Assembly (NCBI GenBank): GCA_965227275.1
Contig: CBDDFU010000001.1
Span: 4,439,928 to 4,471,927 of the forward strand
DNA: 32,000 nt
Direction of reading: 5' to 3'
Source of the DNA: Pirellulales bacterium
GTDB lineage: Bacteria; Planctomycetota; Planctomycetia; Pirellulales; JAEUIK01
Part shown: positions 27,842-32,000 of the stretch, piece by piece
How the letters are laid out: every line of letters begins with the position of its first letter
Position numbering within the stretch: the first letter of the stretch is position 1
Notes under the pieces: model-generated
Databases searched by the model: none
Told to the model about the DNA's origin: nothing
The model's input: the letters and a program-made list of their open reading frames with translations, nothing else
Program-made: the position numbers and the translations under genes

Positions 27842-28766
27842 TCAACTGTTGGTGAAAGCATTTCAGAACGCGAACGGTCCCAAGTTCGCTACGTCCAAGG
27901 TCATCGACCAAACGCCGGCAGAACACGCTGACGCCACGGAAGCCGTTGCCCTGAGCGAACCTGCGCCAACGGATGAGAGCCCTGCCGTGGTCGACGACAC
28001 GCGGTCCATGATTGGGCTACTGAATCGGCAGGCGGCGGGTATCGAGTCGGAGGAACCACAGCCTTCGGCGCCCCAACAGCCATCGGGTCTCTCGCTTACG
28101 GCCGAGGAGAAGTGGCAACCAGCCCTCGAAGTCGATCACCTTGCATGGCCACCGATCGTAGACACGGTTTTAGGCCGCGCCTCCGTGATGCTCGGGAAGA
28201 TTACCGAGCGACTTGGTCAAGCGGCTCGGAATCGGCCGCAATTGATTGCCGTGGTGGGCGACCGCCCGGAGGCGGGTGCCACGACGATGACCCTGTCGTT
28301 GGCGCGACTATTCGCCGCAAACCAACTCTCGGTGGCCCTGGTCGACCTCGATGAGTCGAACCCCATGTTGGCCCAAGCGTTGGGCGTTCGGCCCATGATT
28401 TCGTGGCTGGCCACCTTGGATGAGGGAGTGGCCCTGGAAGAGGTGCTCATCGAATCGGTCAAAGATCAGGTGACATTGTCACCGCTGTGCCAGCCTTCAG
28501 AAACGGTGATCAACGTCAACGGTGCAACCCTGGCACAAAAGTTCTGGGTACCACTCTCCAGCCACTTTGATGTGATTCTTGCAGACTGCGGAACCGCAGG
28601 CAGTAACGACCGATTGACCAACGTGCTTTCGGCCGCCGGCATTTCGGAATTGGTCGTGGTGGCCGACAACCGCTGCGACGATGGAACGGTTGCCGAAGTG
28701 GCCCGACCGCTGCTCGAACAAGTGAGCCCCGTTCACTGGAGCGTGATTCGCAATTTCACGGCGTAG
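27828..28766 (+). CDS. ParA/MinD/BY-kinase-like (SIMIBI-class) protein with a degenerate Walker A motif
   Basis: The ATG at 27828 (MSTTDQLL...) overlaps the upstream stop. The C-terminal half is colinear with MinD/BY-kinase folds: LIAVVGDRPEAGATTMTLSLARLFA (P-loop position, but GAT instead of GK[ST]), VALVDLDESNP (Walker A'-like) and FDVILADCGT (Walker B-like). The N-terminal ~100 aa is acidic and disordered-looking. Confidence 0.7.
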   Translation: MSTTDQLLVKAFQNANGPKFATSKVIDQTPAEHADATEAVALSEPAPTDESPAVVDDTRSMIGLLNRQAAGIESEEPQPSAPQQPSGLSLTAEEKWQPALEVDHLAWPPIVDTVLGRASVMLGKITERLGQAARNRPQLIAVVGDRPEAGATTMTLSLARLFAANQLSVALVDLDESNPMLAQALGVRPMISWLATLDEGVALEEVLIESVKDQVTLSPLCQPSETVINVNGATLAQKFWVPLSSHFDVILADCGTAGSNDRLTNVLSAAGISELVVVADNRCDDGTVAEVARPLLEQVSPVHWSVIRNFTA

Positions 28767-28778
28767 TATCACTCGGGC

Positions 28779-29342
28779 TCACGCCCGCGAAAGATACTTC
28801 CCCGTTTGCGTATCGACTTTGATCGTTTCGCCGTTGGTCAGGTACTCGGGCACCTGCACCACCAGGTTGGTTTCTAACGTGGCGGGCTTCGTGCGGCTCG
28901 TGGCTGAGTTGCCCTTGGCCGCCGGGTCGCACTCGGTCACTTTCAGTTCGACAGTCAGCGGAATCTGGATCCCGATACAACTGTCGTTGTAGATCATGGC
29001 CAATACGCCTTCGGTCTCTTCAGTGATGTACTGCAAGTCATCGCTGACCGTTTCCATCGACAAGGCGTACTGGTTGTAATCTTCCTGATCCAGAAAGTGG
29101 GCGAACTCTCCATCGGTGTACATCAGCTTTACCGGCTTTCGCTCGAAGTCCGCTTCGTCAAGCGATTCCCCGCCTTTCAGCGTGATGTCCACTTTTTGAC
29201 CCGTGGTCAGGTTGGTAGCGCGATATTTGTAGAGGGTTGCCGCGCCCCGGGCCGAGGGTGTTTGAACCGTGATCGTACGTATCAGGCAAGGCTGATCGTT
29301 ATAGACCACTGCCGTGCCAGTCTTGATTTCCTTCGCAAGCAT
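28779..29342 (-). CDS. efpL: Elongation factor P-like protein (YeiP/EfpL subfamily)
   Basis: 187 aa from the ATG at 29342 (MLAKEIKTGTAVVYNDQP...). The loop region QTPSARGAATLYKYR closely matches my memory of the E. coli YeiP/EfpL sequence. The C-terminal EF-P signature KGNSATSRTKPATLETNLVVQVPEYL is present. Confidence 0.88.
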   Translation of the reverse strand: MLAKEIKTGTAVVYNDQPCLIRTITVQTPSARGAATLYKYRATNLTTGQKVDITLKGGESLDEADFERKPVKLMYTDGEFAHFLDQEDYNQYALSMETVSDDLQYITEETEGVLAMIYNDSCIGIQIPLTVELKVTECDPAAKGNSATSRTKPATLETNLVVQVPEYLTNGETIKVDTQTGKYLSRA

Positions 29343-29528
29343 GGATGATTCCTGTTTTGCCGTATGGATCTTGCGGCCAGCGCAACGCCGCCGGCCCAGA
29401 TTGGATCGAAAGTGTAGTCCCGAGTCGAGAGAGTCGTCGGGAAAAACGGAACATCTCGGGACCGCGACCACAAGCTTGGTCGCAAATCGTTTGCACCCCG
29501 GGCCCCTTTGTTCGAATCGTATGGAAAC

Positions 29529-30014
29529 CTACATCAACATGCCCGACTGAGGGTCGACACCGACTCCCCGGGTCAACTCAGTCAGCGCATCGATCACATT
29601 GATTAGAGCTCCCGGGTCGACCATGGCGTCGGGACCCTCCTGCTCGGCATCGCTTACCTGTTCGAAGTGCATCACGTCAAACCGTGCGTCGCATTGGGCG
29701 AACTTCTCCCACTTTTCCTGTTCCATTTCGTCGCGATCTTCCCCGGCCAGTTCTTCCAACATGGAGTCGCGTTGTTCCGTTACTTCTTCGCCCACCAGGT
29801 AGCTGACATCGATGGCAGTGAAGTCGGCCGGAGAACGAATCGTCAATGACTCGAAGCGGCCCTCGCTGTCGGCATGCAAATTCGAGATTTCGTACCGGGG
29901 GTTGAGCTGTTCGACGATGCTCTTGACCTCGTCGAGTTGGGGACGTTGGTCCGAATCGAACAGCACGAAGTATGTATCGCGCCAGTCGTAGGAATCGTCT
30001 TGGAACATCGACAT
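29529..30014 (-). CDS. Hypothetical strongly acidic protein
   Basis: 161 aa from the ATG at 30014, with aaggaag ~8 nt upstream. The sequence (MSMFQDDSYDWRDTYFVLFDSDQRPQLDEV...) is D/E-rich throughout and has no motif I recognise. Codon third positions are GC-rich, as in neighbouring genes. Confidence 0.62.
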   Translation of the reverse strand: MSMFQDDSYDWRDTYFVLFDSDQRPQLDEVKSIVEQLNPRYEISNLHADSEGRFESLTIRSPADFTAIDVSYLVGEEVTEQRDSMLEELAGEDRDEMEQEKWEKFAQCDARFDVMHFEQVSDAEQEGPDAMVDPGALINVIDALTELTRGVGVDPQSGMLM

Positions 30015-30046
30015 CGGTAACTTCCTTTCCGCGAGAGGAGAGCCGC

Positions 30047-30283
30047 TTAGGCTTCCCATGAGTCGTCTGGCGGAGACATGCCGCCGTGCCATGTCTCTAG
30101 TGCTTCGATCATACGATCACGATCGCCTTGAGTACTCCATACCGACTCGCCTTGTTCGAGCCGAATTTCGTACATTCCTTCGCATTGGCAGTCGTCCTCA
30201 CCACAGAAGTGTGGCGTATCAGCAACCCAAATGACTCGGTACAACGGGACGTGCTTGTCATCAATCAGACAAAGGATAGGCAT
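30047..30283 (-). CDS. Hypothetical 78-aa protein with a His/Cys cluster
   Basis: ATG start at 30283. The sequence contains HFCGEDDCQCEG plus an N-terminal Cys (MPILC). It ends 32 nt upstream of the acidic-protein gene on the same strand. Confidence 0.5.
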   Translation of the reverse strand: MPILCLIDDKHVPLYRVIWVADTPHFCGEDDCQCEGMYEIRLEQGESVWSTQGDRDRMIEALETWHGGMSPPDDSWEA

Positions 30284-30403
30284 GGTGCAAGTACCTCAAC
30301 TTGGTTATTCCCCGGGATTTCCTATCTACGGGGACAATTACATGAGGACGCCTCATTCGTGCGCCTTCTGTTGATTGCGGCGTACCTGTATACGAGGTTC
30401 ATT

Positions 30404-31219
30404 TTAGGTCGGTTGCCCCAATTCCGTCGAGCGGCGTGTGGCGGCTTCGACGGCGGCCATCATCGTGGCTCGCAGACCTCCATGTTCGAGCGCCTGCAGT
30501 CCGGCAATCGTCGTCCCGCCGGGGCTGGCGACGCGATCCTTGAGCGTTGCCGGGTGTTCACCGGTTGCCAGCACCATTTCCGCGGCGCCCCTCACGGTTT
30601 GGGCTGCCAACGCGGTGGCTACGGCTCTTGGTAGTCCCATTCGAACACCCCCGTCGCTGAGGGCCTCGATGATTTGAAAGACGTAAGCGGGCCCCGACCC
30701 CGAGAGCCCCGTGACGGCGTCTAGCAGCGATTCGTCCAGCAGGTGAGCCTGACCGACGGTCCAGAGCAAAAGCTCGACCAGCTTCGCGTCGGCTTCCGTG
30801 GCACGGGCACCGAGACTATAGGCGCTAGCGCTGAACCCAACCAGGCATGGTGTGTTCGGCATCACGCGAACCAGCCGTGGTACGTCGCCGGTTTCTTTGG
30901 CCAGCGTGGCAGTGGTGAGCCCTGCAGCGATCGAAATGAGCAGATGATCTTTGGTCCACAGCTTCACGAGCGGGGCCAAGGCCGTCGCGGCATGTTGAGG
31001 TTTGACGGCCAGAAAGACGACGTTGGTGCTCTCCAGAACTTTCGAGTTTTCATCGACTTGCACCCCTCCCGTGGCCGCGGCGAAGTTCGCGCGTGCTTCG
31101 GGCGAAGGGTCAGCGGCGATCAAGTTTTGGGGCTCGATCTGTTTGGCCGATACGAAGCCTTTGGCCAGGGCCGTGGCCATCTGTCCGGCTCCGAGAAAAC
31201 CCAATTTCAACGCTGGCAT
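30404..31219 (-). CDS. proC: Pyrroline-5-carboxylate reductase
   Basis: The ATG at 31219 (aggaaacaag upstream) gives MPALKLGFLGAGQMATALAKGF, a Rossmann GxGxxG/A fold. The conserved ProC C-terminal block SPGGTTIAGLQALEHGGLRA is present. Confidence 0.92.
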   Translation of the reverse strand: MPALKLGFLGAGQMATALAKGFVSAKQIEPQNLIAADPSPEARANFAAATGGVQVDENSKVLESTNVVFLAVKPQHAATALAPLVKLWTKDHLLISIAAGLTTATLAKETGDVPRLVRVMPNTPCLVGFSASAYSLGARATEADAKLVELLLWTVGQAHLLDESLLDAVTGLSGSGPAYVFQIIEALSDGGVRMGLPRAVATALAAQTVRGAAEMVLATGEHPATLKDRVASPGGTTIAGLQALEHGGLRATMMAAVEAATRRSTELGQPT

Positions 31220-31504
31220 CTTGTTTCCTGTGTAGTAGTCCCGCGGAATTGGCACAATTTAAGCCAAATACGAAATACGGACAATCGATGAAAAAGGCTT
31301 GCGGTACGACTCCTTACGAAGACACCCCCCAAGAATAGGTCACTGCGATTCAGTGCATGCATCGAACCGGTGGACTTTCGCGGAATCGGTCTGGACCCCC
31401 GCAGGCGAGTTTGACACACTCTCGCCGGAACTTTTCCCACGATTCGCGCGCATTCGCCCTCGACCGTTCATCGGTGCGCGAGTAAGGCTAGAAGGTATGA
31501 GACC

Positions 31505-31984
31505 ATGCGAACGCTCGCATTGCTGCTCGTTTTTCTGACGTTTGCCCCGGCTTGCGCCCGTGCCGAGGGTTGGGCGTTTAAGAACCTGTTGCCCGGTAAA
31601 ACAGAATCCGAAACGAAAAAGACAACGATGGTGAACGGTCGCCCCTTGATCGGAAGTCCGTACGCCAAGCGTGCGGAAAGTAGCAGTGCCGGACCTTCGG
31701 TATTCACGCGCATGGGACAAGGCACCAAGGCCTTCTTCGCCAAGACCACCGATGTGTTGACATCGCCATTCCAACGAGACGAGCCCGCGAGCAAGACCGT
31801 GAGCAGCTTTCCGACTTGGCAGCAAAGCTCCAACGAAACGGGATCGCGTTGGTCGAATAAGAAAGAAGTCGAAGAACAACAACCCGGCTGGTTCGGATCG
31901 TTGTTTCAACAAAACGAGGCTCCCCACCCGTCGCGCACGGTGTCTGACTTCTTGGGCCAGGATCGACCTGGCGGCGGGTTGTAG
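31505..31984 (+). CDS. Small secreted hypothetical protein
   Basis: 159 aa, ATG start. Clear signal peptide MRTLALLLVFLTFAPACARAEG. The remainder is hydrophilic and S/T/K/Q-rich, with no recognisable motif. Confidence 0.55.
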   Translation: MRTLALLLVFLTFAPACARAEGWAFKNLLPGKTESETKKTTMVNGRPLIGSPYAKRAESSSAGPSVFTRMGQGTKAFFAKTTDVLTSPFQRDEPASKTVSSFPTWQQSSNETGSRWSNKKEVEEQQPGWFGSLFQQNEAPHPSRTVSDFLGQDRPGGGL

Positions 31985-32000
31985 TCAAAACATCGTTGAT

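Noticed and set aside
29500-29525. tRNA-like T-loop string (gttcgaatc at 29510-29518) in the efpL upstream gap
   Set aside because: The flanking sequence cannot be folded into an acceptor stem, anticodon arm or D arm, so it is only a chance match to the T-loop consensus.

Overview
This window reads as ordinary core chromosome from a GC-rich bacterium, most likely a planctomycete. That assignment is inferred from gene content only: an fhcBADC H4MPT-type C1 cluster, a run of signal-peptide sulfatase, FAD-oxidoreductase, BNR and esterase genes, an EfpL-type EF-P and an EF-hand array. I support 24 CDSs. They are: a 5'-truncated EF-hand array protein; a glycan-degradation-like cluster (FAD oxidoreductase, BNR/sialidase-like, sulfatase, esterase, lactonase-type beta-propeller); fhcB-fhcA-fhcD-fhcC; a stand-alone PilZ protein; a minus-strand run of di-haem cytochrome c, thiC, UMF1-type MFS transporter, SIS isomerase and ROK kinase; metH; a Pro/Ala-rich membrane protein overlapping a ParA/MinD/BY-kinase-like protein with a degenerate P-loop; efpL; two small hypothetical genes; proC; and a small secreted protein. 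I saw no rRNA, tRNA, CRISPR array, transposase or integrase. I cannot point to a multi-gene system that I would confidently call novel. The four best leads are: (1) a ~0.95 kb low-GC islet (4948-5906) carrying one orphan gene with an N-terminal Hjc/Mrr-like PD-(D/E)xK nuclease motif; (2) the MFS transporter, which carries a ~185 aa insertion in a predicted periplasmic loop that looks like a reordered copy of the C-terminal beta-sandwich-like domain of the FAD oxidoreductase in this window; (3) the coupled membrane-protein / pseudo-P-loop pair (26432-28766); (4) a two-gene cassette of a Cys-cluster mini-protein plus a very acidic protein downstream of proC. All functional calls come from motif recognition by eye; no database search was run.
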